Positions 10,884-24,534 are shown, numbered from the stretch's first letter. The stretch is DNA of 64,000 nt from Peribolospora baueri (GCA_029717555.1 JAMDHS010000049.1:62001-126000), one strand, 5' to 3'. Numbers and translations: made by a program. Notes: generated by a model not told the origin, from the letters alone.

Positions 10884-13800
10884 ATGTCGGGGAACGTCAA
10901 GGTCGTGTGCCGGTGAGCTGTGGCCTCTCTTTTCTGTGCTTGCGACTTGGAGCCAGGTTGCGATAGCTCGAGTAGGAGGAGGTCATGAAAGACCAAAATG
11001 GAACTCACACGTCGCTCTCCTTCCTCCTCGTTGTCCGACTGCTCTCGGTACAGCTTTCGTCCTCCCAATGCCATTGAGCAGAGGGAAGGCGGCGAGATTG
11101 TGGTGGGCTTTGACGAGGACTTGACGACGGTCAAGATGAGGGCCGAAATCAAAGGTCCGGACGCCGCTGGATTCGCCTTCGATCGCGTCTTCCCTATGGG
11201 TTCGAAGCAGCAGGACGTGTTCGATTATGGCGTTAGAGAGATCGTCGATGGTACGTCTTGCCTCTCCCCGTCGGTGGAGAGGAGCGCGCGGGCGACTCTA
11301 TGCGAAGCGTTGGAAGGCATAGGTCTCGGGACGTGCCAGATCGGGCAGGTCTGACGTGATTTTCGTTCTCCATTTAGATGTAATCAACGGCTACAACGGA
11401 ACAGTGTTTGCTTACGGTCAGACTGGTGCCGGAAAGACGTTCACGATGATGGTGAGCGACTGGTCCCCCTGAGCTGGCTGGCCTCATTATCACGTTTTTT
11501 TTCCTGACTCCTCTTCATCTTTCCATTTTCTTGCAGGGCGCAGACATCGACAATGAAGAGCTCAAAGGTATCATTCCGCGTATCACCGAGCAGATCTTTG
11601 CCAGCATCATGTCCAGCCCGCCGCACCTTGAGTACCTCGTCAAGGTCTCCTATATGGAGATTTATATGGAGAAGATCAGAGACTTGCTTGCGCGTGAGTA
11701 CCGAAGCGCACCTTTCGATCACCGCAGCTCAGAGAGAATCTTTGGAACTGACCTCGTCTGTTCACTCTCCTCCTACGCAGCGCAAAACGACAACTTGCAG
11801 GTGCACGAGGAGAAGAGTCGCGGCGTGTATGTCAAGGGGCTCTCCGACTACTACGTCAGCTCACAAGCGGACGTCTACGAGATCATGCGACAGGGTGGAC
11901 AAGCGAGAGCGGTGTCTTCCACGAGTGAGTGAAATGGCTTGATATTACTCGTTATGTCGCTTATATTTGCGATGTTGCTCACTTTCCTCGGTTTCCCAGA
12001 CATGAACGCGGAGTCATCTCGCTCCCACTCAATCTTTCTTATCACCATTCAACAGCGTAACACTGAAACTGGTTCACAGAAGACTGGAAACCTTTACCTC
12101 GTTGACTTGGCCGGCTCGGAGAAAGTCGGTAAGACCGGGGCAAGCGGTCAGACGTTGGAGGAGGCAAAGAAGATCAACAAGAGCTTGAGCGCACTTGGTA
12201 TGGTCATCAACGCTTTGACAGATGGAAAGGTAAGCAGTGGGGATCCGGCCATGCCATAGCGCGGCGAACTGACACCGACGTCTATTGCCTCCTACACACA
12301 GTCCACCCACATCCCGTACCGAGACTCCAAGCTCACGCGTATCCTGCAAGAGTCTCTCGGTGGTAACTCGCGGACAACGCTCATCATCAATTGCTCCCCC
12401 TCGTCCTACAACGAGGCAGAGACGATCTCCACCCTCCGGTTCGGTATGCGCGCCAAGTCCATCAAGAACAAAGCCAGGGTCAACGCTGAGCTCTCTCCCG
12501 CCGAGCTCAAGGCTTTGCTCAAGAAGGCGAAGGCAGACGCGGCCAACTACCAGAACTACATCGCCGCGCTCGAGCATGAGCTTAAGACGTGGCGTTCCGG
12601 CGGAAAGGTTGAGCAGGCCGATTGGGTCACCTCCGACAAGGTCCTTGCCGGTCAAGGCGTGACTCCGCCCCCGGCCGAACGGCCCTCCAGCAGCATGGCT
12701 AGCGGCAGGCAGACGCCATTGCCTCCACCTGCTGAAGGTCTCCGTGATCTGCAATCTAGGCCGGAGACGCCAACGGTCGTGAGCTTGGATAAGGATGAGA
12801 AAGAGGAATTCCTCAGGAGGGAGAACGAGTTGAGCGACCAGATCGCTGAGAAAGTGCGTTTCATCCGAACCTGTGTGCAAGTTTCCTACTTTCCCCGTAT
12901 CGTTAACATGCTTCTTTCTGGTCACCCGTTCCCCTACAGGAATCCGCTCTGGCCGCAGCCGAAAAGTCGCTCCGCGAGGTGCGAGACGAGTTGAACTTCT
13001 TCAAGGAGCAAGATGCGACCATGTCCAAGGAGAACAAAGGCATGGCCTCGGAGCTCAACGACCTGCGCCTCCAGCTCGAGCGGCTCAGCTTTGAGACGAA
13101 AGAGAGCCAGATCACGCACGACATCCTCAAGGAGCAGAATGCCGACCTCACCAACGAGCTCGAGGAGCTTCGCAAGGCACTCGCCGAGTCCAAGGCCAGC
13201 GAGAGGAGCGCGACTCAGGAGGGCAAGGAGAAGAAGAAGGCGGAGAAGATGGCTAAGATGATGGCCGACTTCAACACGGTGAGTCGGTCCTGTTGGATAG
13301 TGACCCTACCATTTCGTGTACGGAACGGGCTGACCCCCTTCCATTCCCATGTTACTACCTGAACGCAGAGCGTCATCTCAGAGAAGGAGGAGCAAATCCG
13401 TGAGACGCTCAACAAACTCGAGGCCGTCAGCTCGGATGACGCCGCTCGCTCCCTCTCGGCCGACGACATCGCCGTCCTGCGTCGCCAGCTGCTCGAATCG
13501 CAGACACTCGTCCGGGAGCAGCAGGACCGTGTGCGCCAGATGCAGGAAGAGAACGACTTGCTCGTCAAGAGGAGAGAAGAAATGGAAGCTAGGCTTGCTA
13601 CGTTGGAGAGCGAGTACGAGGAGTTGCTCGGTGAGTATCAGTATCGGGACGGTCGGCAGATGAGCGACACAGGTGATGCTAACGTCTGTGTACACGCGCA
13701 TCGGTTTCCGTGTCTTTAGACAAGACGATCCAGGACGAGGAGACGAGCAATGCTGATATCAATGAGACTATTCAGGATCTTAAGGTGCGCTCAATGATTC

Positions 13801-14974
13801 TCGCTCCAGCGCCCCACCACCCCCCCCACTCCCCCCATTCGAGGCTTTTGTTGACTCCTATCCTGTTGTTTGCGCCCTGCCTTCTCAGACCAAGCTCGAG
13901 GGTCAATACGCTGCCAAGCGTGACGCTCAGGCCCAGGAAATCGCCGATCTCAAGCAGCAGATCGACCTCAAGGCCAAAGAGATCCGCAGCATGGGCGTCA
14001 CGAATGACTCGCTCAAGAGCACCAACGAGGAGCTCAAGCGCGCCTTCGAGGCGGCCTCCGCCGGCGTTGAAGGAGGCAAGAACCTCGCCGAGTCGGCGCG
14101 TGAGATGGAGCGCGTGCGCAAGACAATGGCGGCCCAGTTGGCCGAGTTCGACACAATGAAAAAGAGCTTGATGCGCGATCTGCAAAATCGGTGCGAAAAG
14201 GTTGTCGAGCTCGAGATCTCGCTCGACGAGAGCAGGGAGCAGTACAACAATGTCGTCCGCAGCTCCAACAACAAGGCGCAGCAGAAGAAGATGGCGTTCC
14301 TGGAGCGGAATCTCGAGCAGCTCACGAATGTTCAGAAACAGGTGAGTATGAGTGGACGTGGATGCTCTCACCCTCTTCTTGCGCTTTCTGAGGGCGCATG
14401 TGCTGACATTCTACGGTCTTCCGCTCTCTGCTCCTACAGCTGGTCGAGCAGAACTCGTCGCTCAAGAAGGAGGTCGCCATCGCGGAGCGCAAGCTCATCG
14501 CTCGCAACGAGCGCATCCAGAGCCTGGAGGCCCTCCTCCAGGATGCCCAGGAGAAGCTCCAGGCGCAGAACCAGAAGTTCGAGACCCAGCTCCAGGCCGT
14601 ACGGGAAAGGCTCGAGCAGGCGAGGTGTAAGTTTATCGCGCGTTTTTTTCTTCGGTCTTTACCTCCCACCCTAACAGTACTGACGGCTTCGCGTGGCCTC
14701 TTTGTCCGCTTCGTCCATCCACAGCGCAAAGGTCTGCCAATACCGGCGCCCTCAGCTTTGGCCGCATTGCCAAACCCCTCAGGGGCGGCGGCGGCCCCGG
14801 TCCCGTCCCCATCAGCGGCGGTGGCAGCATGGGCAAGGACGATGTGTCCAAGTGAGTTTCTTGTCTCTACCGTCTGTCGTCCCAGCCTCAAGAGCTCATC
14901 CATTCTCGCCGCTCCCCGCTTCTTACAGCCGTGCTGCCCGATCGAGTTGGTTCTTCGGCTCTGGCAAGGCGTAA
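10884..14974 (+). CDS. Conventional kinesin heavy chain (kinesin-1; KinA/Nkin/Kin1 type), multi-exon
   Basis: [13 protein letters not shown] start; P-loop [49 protein letters not shown]; coiled-coil stalk; tail [12 protein letters not shown] (IAK motif) and RSSWFF C-terminus. Confidence 0.96.
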
Positions 14975-15840
14975 ACGACGTCGCAGCCGGCTCATCCCCG
15001 CTATTGCAATTCAAAGTGCTTTAAACATTCCAATACCCCCTACATTCGTTCGCTTTCCCCCATTCTCGCCTTGCCTTTCCCGCTCAGAGCGGCCGGTCCT
15101 CCACTTACCTTCCTTCTCACCTCTTCTATTGACTGCTTCACTATGGTGATGATGGTGTTAGAAATAGGAGAGCTCTGTATAATTCAATCCATTTCATGAC
15201 AACCCTTGCGCGCCACTGATGCAGGCACGTCAGTCGGCACACGACCCGCGCAGATACTACGTATACGTATCGCGCATTCGCTCCCGGATGTTGATACAGT
15301 CAACTCTGTCTGCTAGCATACGGGTCGATAAGCATGCCTTCGTGCATAGCGATCTCCCCTTCCCGCTTGCTCCCCAGCCAAAATACCGGTCCATATGCAT
15401 ACTAAACATACCGCCTATTGCATAGCACTGACACCGGTGCCGTCCCTTACCAGTTATGCCCTCTCGGCATGCATAGTTAGGGTTGAGGGTCACGTGCATC
15501 CTCGTGGGTCGTTTCTGTTGGCGGCGACGAGCACCGTGGTTACGCGGCTGAAAGCGGACATGACTATGTAGGCAAAGTGTTACTGCGGCTTTATGCTCTC
15601 TTAACAATAACGAACAAGTAACATCCACTTTCGTCCATCCACCGTCAGTTCTAAGGTTACTACACGTGGGTGCTTGTCCGCGTTTCACCATCTCTTTCAA
15701 AGAACATGTCAACGAGCAGCGTAAACAAACCGATCTTCGACAATTCTTTTCTGCACACGCTTCTTCTTGAACATGGTTGTGTTATGACCAGTACATATCC
15801 TATAGTAAAGCTTGGAATTCTTATCTTGATGGACGCTATC

Positions 15841-15894
15841 GACTATGGCAAGGACTATGGCAACTATGGCAATGACTGCGGCAACTATGCATAG
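15841..15894. repeat. Degenerate 9-12-bp tandem repeat (ACTATGGCA core, about 5 units)
   Basis: gactatggcaaggactatggcaactatggcaatgactgcggcaactatgcatag. Confidence 0.7.
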
Positions 15895-16975
15895 ATCCCT
15901 CTGTATAGTCGCCCTCTCGCATACTGCATAGCCCTGGGGCAAGACAACTTGTATGCTTATAGACAGGGTTGACTGTACATCCTAACGCAGGATTCAACGT
16001 CGGTGACCCGAGCGGAACTTGTTCTTGTTGTCGGGAATGTCTCTTCATTCGTGTCCCTGCGAACTATCGGACCAGACATCGCCTTTTATTTTTTTTCTTC
16101 TTTTCTTTGTTCTCTTCCCCTATGGCCCATGTCTGGGGGCTTGTGGCCCTCACCTGTGCGGGGCTTGGGGGGATGAGAGCCACCTCGACCTCCGCCCCCC
16201 CCGCCCTTCTCGGACCGGCAAGGCTCATCTCTGGTCCCACCACGTGTTTCTGGGTTGCACAAGGCGCCCGCCCGCCTGCCCGCTCGGGCAAGGTGCGATA
16301 TTGGCCTTAGGTTACCCGGCTTGGCGAGCAAATTGAAAAAAATAAAAATAAAAATAAAAAATAAAAAAGAAAGTTACACTCAAAGAAAAGGAAAGGACTT
16401 AATCGATCGACGATCAAATACAACAAAGTAACACAACACGATACGATACGATACGCATACGCATACGGCACGAAGGCGACGCAACGCAACGCGAAGAATA
16501 AGGTGAAGAAGGGGTGGGTGTGGTCTCGTGAAGGAAGGACTGGAGGAAAGGAGGGGAGCTCGGTCGAGGCGAAGGTGGGTGGGCCGGGTATGAGGGGAAG
16601 GTATCAAGGGAGATAGTAAGTTGAGGTGGAGGTGGGGGGGGGAGGAGTCTGGCAGGAAGGGCGAAGAGATTTCCACTCGGCTCGACGACGGATCAAACAA
16701 GGAAGAGGTGACGGCTCACGGGAACGGAAGGAGAAGGGAGAAAGCGATAAGAGAGGGGTGGGGAGCAATATGGGGTGACGAGATTGGTTTATTGGGCAAG
16801 GCGGGCGCACGAGCGGAAGAAAAAAGAAAAAAAAAACGGGGACGTCTGGACTGGACCGAAAGAAAGCGAGCAAGCAAGAGACAGGCGGAGGATGGTCGGG
16901 GGAAGAGAAAGGTAAAGTCGGAGCGGCCGAAAGGTCTGGGACGGTGACGAGATGAGGGCGAAGCTTTGTCATCGC

Positions 16976-19175
16976 TCATCGAGCACCGTGCCTGGTCGTG
17001 CCGAGCGCTGCGACCTCCTCGCTCGTGAGCGGGACGGCGTCGACGTCGTCGCCATTGGGGCTCTCGGCTGTCGTGCCGTCCTGAGACGGGCGAGTCTGGA
17101 GCGGGCGGGCGGGCGGCCGACGAAGACGCGGAGAGCGGATACAGCAGCGACGTCAGTCAGAGCGCGATGGCTCGGTCCAGCTCGATAGGCGATTAGCCGA
17201 CGCACCTTCCAAGCGTCCAAGGGCTTTCCGACCACTTCGGCGCCCCTGAACCCGTCGTCGGCCTTGCCGTTCCTCTTCGAGCCTCGGAAGCGCGTCGTCC
17301 AACCGCGCTGCACGAAGCGGAACAAAAGGACGAGGAAAAGACGAGAGAAAAGAAACCGATCGCGATGGACGATACGTTGAACGGGGATCAAATGCGAAAG
17401 AAGAGAGGGGAGAGGGGACGACGTCAGCGCGCTCATAGCCCTCCGACGACCGGCACCCGCCCAAAGCACCCCGCGCCCCATCTCTTCACCTTATCCGTCC
17501 TGCCTATCCGCGCCCGCCCGTCCATCCGCGCCCGTCTTCGCCGCCTCCTCCTACCGCGTCTTGCCAGGATCTTTTCTGCCGGCGCCCTTCTTCCCCGCTT
17601 TCCCTCCCTTTCCGCTTCCATCCGCCCCATCGGCCCCATCGCTGTCTCCGCCCGCGCCCCAACCGAACAAATACCCCGCGACCCCTCCACCCCCACCCAC
17701 CTTCTTCGCCTCTTCGGCAGATCTGGGCGCCCCCGCAGCGACGCCGGTCGAAGTGGCTGTCATCTCCATGGTCCGCACGGCCCTGTTCGCGCCCGCGCCC
17801 TCGCCCTCGCCTCCGTCCGCCGAGGGGCGTTCACTCGTCGCCGTCGGCGTCACGGGGAGCGAGCGGACCGCGGCGTCCGCGAATGGGTTTCCGTCGTCAT
17901 TGCCGGACGGGCCGGCGCCGTCGACGTTGGGCGAACGGGAGCGCTTGGGGATGAAGTCGAAGCGCTCCTTCAAGGAGCGTTTGCGATTGGGTGGGACCCA
18001 GCCACGCTGCGGCGGAAAGGACGAGGGGTTTGATGGAAATGTAAAACAAAGAAAAGCGGAACAAGTAAAGGTAAAATGCAGGAGGGGTCAGTCAGGTCAG
18101 CTCTGAGGAAAACGACGCGCACAGATGCTTGCGATCAGCGTGTGAGATCTGCGACGGAGCTCGCAGAAGAGGCCCCGGGCGCTCACCCGGATCATCTCGT
18201 CGCGCTCCCTCTCCTCTTCCTCCCTCCTCTCCTGCTCCGGGTCCTTCTTTGTGATGAAGAGGGAGGCGATGGCTCGGATGAGCTTGGGCGTCTTGAAGAC
18301 GACGAAAAAGAATTTGGGACCGCCTCTGGTCAGCAACCGAAGTAGACGGAGAAGGGAGAGAGAGAGAGAGAGAAAGAGAGAGCGCCGCGGGAGGGGACGC
18401 ACCTTGCTAGTAGCCTCCTGTCGACTCTTGGACCTCTTGAGCTTCTTTCCGCGGAGCAAGCTCCTCGTGCTTTCTCCCTCCCCCTCGGTCGTTTCACCGC
18501 CGTGAGCGGAGGCACTCCTAAGGCTGCCACCGAGGGAGCGGAGGGTGCGGGAGCGAAAGCGAGTGTTGCCTTCCTCGTCGTGGACAAAACCGCCCTCGGT
18601 GCCGTCGCGGATCTCGACGCGCGTCCAACCGCCCTGCTGCCTGCGCTCTTCAAAGAAACGCTGGGTGAGCATGGCCTGGAGCGAGCGGTCGTTCTTCCAT
18701 TCTCGCTGGCGATGGGGGGAAGAAAAGAAAAAAAAGGAAGAGGATGAGGATGAGGATGAGCGGGAAAAAAAGGACTGCAGAGACGCCTTCGTCGTCGTCA
18801 CCTCCCTCCCTCCATCCGTCCTCGCCCGCCACTCACAACCTTGATCCACTCCCCCGAATCCTGCGGCTCCTCGACCCATATCCTCAAATGGTTCTTGAGG
18901 CGCAAGGTGAAGAGCTCGAGGCGAAACTCGAGGTGGGCGTAGTCGAGCGTCTTGACCTCTTGCGGAGAGAGCGAGGTCATGCGCGTCCAGCCGTGTCGGC
19001 TGGCAAGGATGTTGAGCCCCTCGTTGCCCTCCGGGGGGTCGGGGAGCTCACGGGCGCGCGAGGCGGTGGGCACGGTGGATGCGGTGAACTGGGCCTTGTG
19101 CATGTTCGGCGAAGGAGGAGGGTGGCGGTGGTGTGCGCCGCGGGAGTGGAAAAAGGGCGACGGGGCGGGATCCAT
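16976..19175 (-). CDS. Uncharacterised multi-exon protein; start codon and 3' exon structure uncertain
   Basis: Phase-compatible GT-AG introns join protein-like exons: MDPAPSPFF..LDYAHLEFRLELFTLRLKNHLRIWVEEPQDSGEWIKV | AMLTQRFFEERRQ..ATSK | TPKLIRAIASLF..EMIR | RGWVPPNRKRS.. | RGWTTRFRG..AWK | TRPSQ..HGAR*. No family recognised. Confidence 0.6.
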
Positions 19176-19974
19176 GGGCCGAGCGTCGACGTCGACGTCG
19201 AGGGAGGCAGGTGGGCGTCGTGGACGACGACGACGACGACGACCGCCTGCGCCTACTCCAGGGACCCTCGCTGCCGCCGAGGCGGAATTCGTAGAAGGGG
19301 GAGACGGCTGGTGGAGACGAAAGCGAACGTGTCCGTGTCGTCCGCGTCCGCGAGGAAGAAGGAGAGGAGGGAGAGGGGTCGGGATGTGGTCTTCCGAAGA
19401 CAAAGGGCGGAAGGGGAAGAGGGAAAGGGGTTGACGGACGGCTCGCTTGCCGTAGGCGCTGAGCGTGGCTAGGTAAGGGGCGAGAAGGCGGGAGGGATGG
19501 GAGGGCGAAGAAGAGAGAGAAGGAGAAAGGCAGAAGGAGGATCGGGTGGAAGAAGAAGGAGAAAAAGAAGTGGTGAAGAAAAAGAAGGAGAAGAGGCGAT
19601 GCAATGACCGTCTCCGTCGTCTCCGTCGTCGTCGTTGTCGTCCTTTGTCGTCCCTGGTCGTCGGAGAGGAGGCGGAAGCGGAGGCGGTGTCGTCCAATTT
19701 CACCCCATTCAATTCAATTCGACCAATTTAATTATACCCCCGTTCGATTCAATCCGCGCCCGCGCCCCGCGCCCACGTTCATCAACTCGCAGATCGTCAT
19801 CCCCCGGTCGGGTGCGCCTCGACGTCACCATTCCATGTGAGCGTTGCGAGTAGCATTCCATTCCGTGCAAGCAGTTACAATATTCAAGAATCCTCCTCCT
19901 CTCTCCCGTAGTAGCCCGGATCCGACGCTCACCACCGTCCCGCCGTCGAAGTTATGCTTTCCAAACCTCCGCGC

Positions 19975-22005
19975 TCACGCCCTCCTCGGCCCTCCCCCTC
20001 CTCCAGACTCCAAATCCATCGGATAAACCTCAACGTCCCTCTCCCCCACCGCACCTTCGCCTTCCCTTGCGTCGTTCCAAGCGGGCATGACGATACCCGA
20101 CCGGCCGCCGCCATGTCCGTCCTTGCTCCCTGCTGCCGCGCGTGGGACGGTGCCGGTGGCGGCCGCAATGCCCTGCTCTTCTCTCCTCATCGCGTCGTCC
20201 TGTCCGTTGCCGCCGGCACGGTAGCCATAGTAGGCCTGGTCGCCGGACGAGGCGAAGAGGCGCTGGTGAGGGTCGCCGTCGTGGATCGGATGCTCGGAAG
20301 GGGGGAAGGTCTCGCGTGGGATGCGAGGCGAGAAGGGCTTGTGGCACTCCGGGTGGCCCAGGTGCGGGTAGTAGAGGCGATATACCCAGTACGCTTTGGC
20401 GGGGAGTATAGATAAGCATCAGGTAAGCTCCTCCCTTTCCTTCCGCAGCAGCACCGGAAACGAGTCCGGTACAAGCTTCGTCCTCACCTGTCGCCGTACC
20501 GAGGAGGCCGCCTGCGATCACGTCCGTCGCATGGTGTCGCTGCAAGAGGTTAAGGAGTGAGACGGGTGACAACAGCGAGCGGCGAATGAAATGAAAACAA
20601 ATAAAAACTCACATAGTCCATCGTTCGAGAAATCTGCGACGGCGGAAACGAGAGAGAAAAGGCGAAAGATGGCCGCGCTCAGATACACTAACTAAGCCTG
20701 GGTGTGACGAGGTGAAAGGAACGGGCGCTCACCGCGACCATGAGCGCGCCGACGGTGGGGGCAAGCGAGATCCAGGCTTTGATGGCGTGACCTCGCTCGT
20801 CAAAGAGGTGGGTCTTGCCGGCGAGATAGAGAGAGAGATAGACCAAACCGGCGAAGGAAGCTGAAGGGGTTCGGTCGCAAGGGGAGATGAGACGACGACG
20901 AAAAAGGGTGCGAAAGAAAAAAAATAAAAAATAAAAAATAAAAAAAGGAAAACAAAAATGACTGACTGCTAGAGTGTCCACTAGGAAAGCTGCGAAAGCC
21001 GTCCTTGAGCAAAGCGGCGTCGATCTGGGTGCACACGGCGTCGGTAGCCAGACCGACGTACGCGTTCGTCGCGCCCTCGATCGGTTTGCAGCGGTCGATG
21101 AGGTCCGGGCGCGGGCGGCCCACGGACTCTTTGACCACCTGGGTCACCACGTTGGCGATGGCTAGGGAGAGGACAAGGCCTGTGTGGAGATGGGGCGAAC
21201 GTGATGATCAGCTCAAGGTCCCGTCCCCGACCACGATGATGACCACCACTCGGACGCGAGCGCCGCTCACCCAAGAGACCGGAGTGGAAATCCCAAAAGC
21301 TCCTGCCGACGATGGATGCGATAAGGATGATGATGACGGCCGGGGCGACGCCTCCGATGACGGCGAGCAACCAGGTGGGAACTGGGAGGCAGTTCGACAA
21401 AAGATAGGAGACAAGTCCGGTTGAGCTCAGAGCGGAACGAAGGACGAGACACAGCATGTTGAGACGAGACGATCTCTTGCACCCACCTCGTTCATGCACC
21501 GCGTATCTGCGTCGGGCGAGACAGGAGGGTGGACACGCGTGAAAAGAGGCGGGAAAGGGAAAGAAAGTGAGATAAAGAGGAAACATCATCATCGTCGTCG
21601 TGCTGGTGGACAACTCACGTGTGGCGGATGGAGGGGTCGTTGAGGTCAAACTGCCTATGGAAGCCATGGATGTTGTTGAGGAGGTAGAAGAGGCCCCAGA
21701 GCTTGAGGACGAGAGAGGAGGACGTGGATGGGCAGCGACGATGGGATGGATGATGGTCAGGAACGGGCGAGCGTTGGCTTAGACGGCGCCACGTTCGCTC
21801 TTTCTCTCTTTCTCTCCTCTGAGCGTTCGTTCCACCGACGGCGCAAACTCACGACGATGGTGACGATCCAATCGGGCAGATATGACGCCAGGAGCCTCGT
21901 CCTCCTCTTCGAGTCCACGGGAGGCCTCGCGCGGCTGTACTGGAGCTGGCTCCAGAGCGAGGGATAGTTCTGCCAGCGGCCGCCGGAAGCGGATCGGGAG
22001 GCCAT
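19975..22005 (-). CDS. DPP1: PAP2-family diacylglycerol pyrophosphate / lipid phosphate phosphatase, multi-exon with short exons (e.g. 20613-20633)
   Basis: Three PAP2 catalytic motifs KESVGRPRPD, SFPSGHSS and SRTMDYRHHATDVIAG; SYLPDW N-terminus; several transmembrane segments. Confidence 0.88.
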
Positions 22006-22251
22006 GAATTGTTTGTTAGCAGGCGAGGCTGGGTGGGGAGGGGGAGAGGAGGGAAGAGGAGGGGAGTGGAGAGAGAAGAGACGAGGTGGGCTATGTATGG
22101 TCTGTCAGTCTGTCGGTGGTCTTTCTTTCTTTCTGTCAGTCTGCCTATGTTATGTACGACTGTCGTGCGACGGCGACGGAAGCTAAGGCAGAGAGAGGCT
22201 GTGTGAGCGAAAAGGCGAGGCGGAGTGCCTGTCAAGCCGGATCGACGACGA

Positions 22252-22282
22252 CCAACGCCAACGCCAACGCCAACGCCAACGC
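22252..22282. repeat. Hexanucleotide microsatellite (CCAACG)5
   Basis: Seen directly in the sequence. Confidence 0.85.
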
Positions 22283-22863
22283 ACCCTGCCTAGTCTTCCT
22301 TGACCTTGACCTTGCTTGACCCTCCTCCACGACGCCACCCCCTGTCCGTCTTCTTGGCATCCCCCACCTCGCCCTGCTCGACCGCGGCGTCTTCAAATTC
22401 GGCCGGGGAAAGGACAAAAAACGTCCGCCGCAGCCTTTTTACCTTCCGTCCTCGCCTCGCCTCTCGCCGCAGCGAGCGTTCCCCGAGTTCGAATCTCTCG
22501 CCCCTGCCTTTGTCCGCCGGCCGCGAGCCCAGTTCCACACAGGCGCGGTGGGTGGAGGAGGAAGCGAGACGACGTTCGGTTCGGTTCTCGTCAGCGTGTA
22601 TGTAGAATGCCATCTTGCAAACGCTCGTTTTTTCTCATCGCCCCGCAGGGCCAGGGCGGACGGAGAGTGGGCGAGGCGAGCACCTCCAGCCCAAAGTCCC
22701 GCACAAGCGCACGGACGAACGAACAAACGAACGAACGGCGCAAAGCCAGATCTGTTGTCCTCCTTCTTCTTCTCTCAGACGCCAACCGACAACCGCACCG
22801 CACAGGTCCCACGTGTGGCGGCCGCTCCGTAGTATACACTGCATCCGACGCTGACGCCTCGTC

Positions 22864-24289
22864 CTACGATCCATCTTCGTTGTCCCCTTCGGCCCGGAAA
22901 TTCGGGTTCTGGAGACCGGCGACCGAGGCGAATGGGTGGATTGGGGGACGACCGAAACGGAGGGGTGAGATGAGATAAGATGAGCCGACACAACACGACA
23001 CGACACCCCAGGCCGTCTTGGGAAGCGACACACTGCGACAGACAGACGGACTCACCTCCCTCTTCCCATCCTCGTCGCCTTCCGCTTCCTCGCTCCTCTG
23101 CCTCTTCGCTCCCGCCGCCGCCGGCACACCCGACTCCTCCGCCACAACACCACCACCGCCGTCCGCGCGACCCTCCTCTTCTCTGTACTCCCCTCCCGCG
23201 CCCTCCGGAATCACTCGCGGCCCCTCGCCAGGCGCCTCGGCGTACACCGCCGCCTGCTGTGCCAGACGCTCCCGCTCCTGCCGCTCCACCTCCTCCCGCA
23301 TTCGCATGTGGCCCCACCCGCCTCGGCCAGCGTCGTACTCTTGTCGATACTCGTCCCGAACCTTTGCGTGTGCGGTGTACATTTTTTGTGCGTTTTTCAA
23401 GAGGAAAGATTCGTACGAAAAATTCAGATCAGTCCGTTCATCCACACATGCAAGCATTCCTTCCAAAGCTCGGTCCCGGTCGCCCACACCTCCGCTTACC
23501 TGGCCGCCGGACTTGCCCCTGCCGTACTGCCTTCCCTCCTTGTAGCCCGGGTCGAGGTCGCAGCGGATAATGCGCTCGTCGAGCTTCGTGCCGCTCACGT
23601 ACCGCAGGCAGTCCACGGCTTCTTCGTGGGTGTAGTACCTGCAGAACAGAAACAGAGGTAAGTACGTGTCAGCCGAGCGCGCCTTGCAACCGCTCCTAGC
23701 GCCCCCCTCGCCGTCATTCAAGAGCCAACCAACTTGGCCGCCTCTCGCGCGGTCTCGGACTCACTCCACAAAGGCGAACCCGCACGGTGTCTTTTGATGC
23801 CTGTCGAGACCCATGATGATCCTCTTGATGCCGTGCCCCGCCGAGTGACACCGCATGAAGAGCTCGTAGATCTGCTCCTCGGTGGTGTAGAACGAGAGAT
23901 TGCCTTTGGACGTTCAGGCCGTTCATTCGATCAAAGGCATGAAAAAGTTGGCAGAGACGTTAGGATGAGTGCGGATCATATCCAGTTCGCCGACGAGCGC
24001 CATTCGAGCGAGCACTCACCAACATAGAGCGTCGAGCTCTGTGCCAGGAGCTGTTGCTGGTGATTCCAGCTCTCCTGTGGTGACCCACGTCCATACAAAC
24101 ACAAGAAACAAGTTGTGGATCAGTCGAGTCCGCCGACGAGCGATCAGAGCACGGCATTCGGGTGACGATCGGATCGCCATCGCTCGTCACCTCCCTCTCG
24201 CTGGGCTGGGCATTCGACCGTATACGTACCCTCGAGCGCGAGTCCCGATAGCTGCTAGGGGAATCCAGCGCTTCTACGATGCTCGCCAT
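22864..24289 (-). CDS. CBC2: Nuclear cap-binding complex small subunit (CBP20), multi-exon
   Basis: RRM with [83 protein letters not shown]. Confidence 0.96.
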
Positions 24290-24534
24290 CGTTACCTGCT
24301 GCGAAAAGAACGGGACGGAAGGAGGCCCTGCTGATGGTGAACAAGAACGGATGGATCGATTGAGAGCTTTCCCACCTACTTGCTGCGGCGAGCGTGGACG
24401 AGAGCGAGCGAATGTGGGGGTAGGAAGAGAAGGTAGCACAACACCTTGACCACCCTTTCCATCTCGCCTCCGTCTTCCCCTTGAGATACCCAGGACATCG
24501 TGGGAGATTTCGGAGGAGAGGGAATGCGATAGCC

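Noticed and set aside
16120..16330. GC-rich block between T- and A-rich tracts, considered as a structured ncRNA (SRP, RNase P/MRP, snRNA, TPP riboswitch)
   Set aside because: None of the conserved motifs of these RNAs found by eye on either strand; an Infernal/Rfam scan would settle it.
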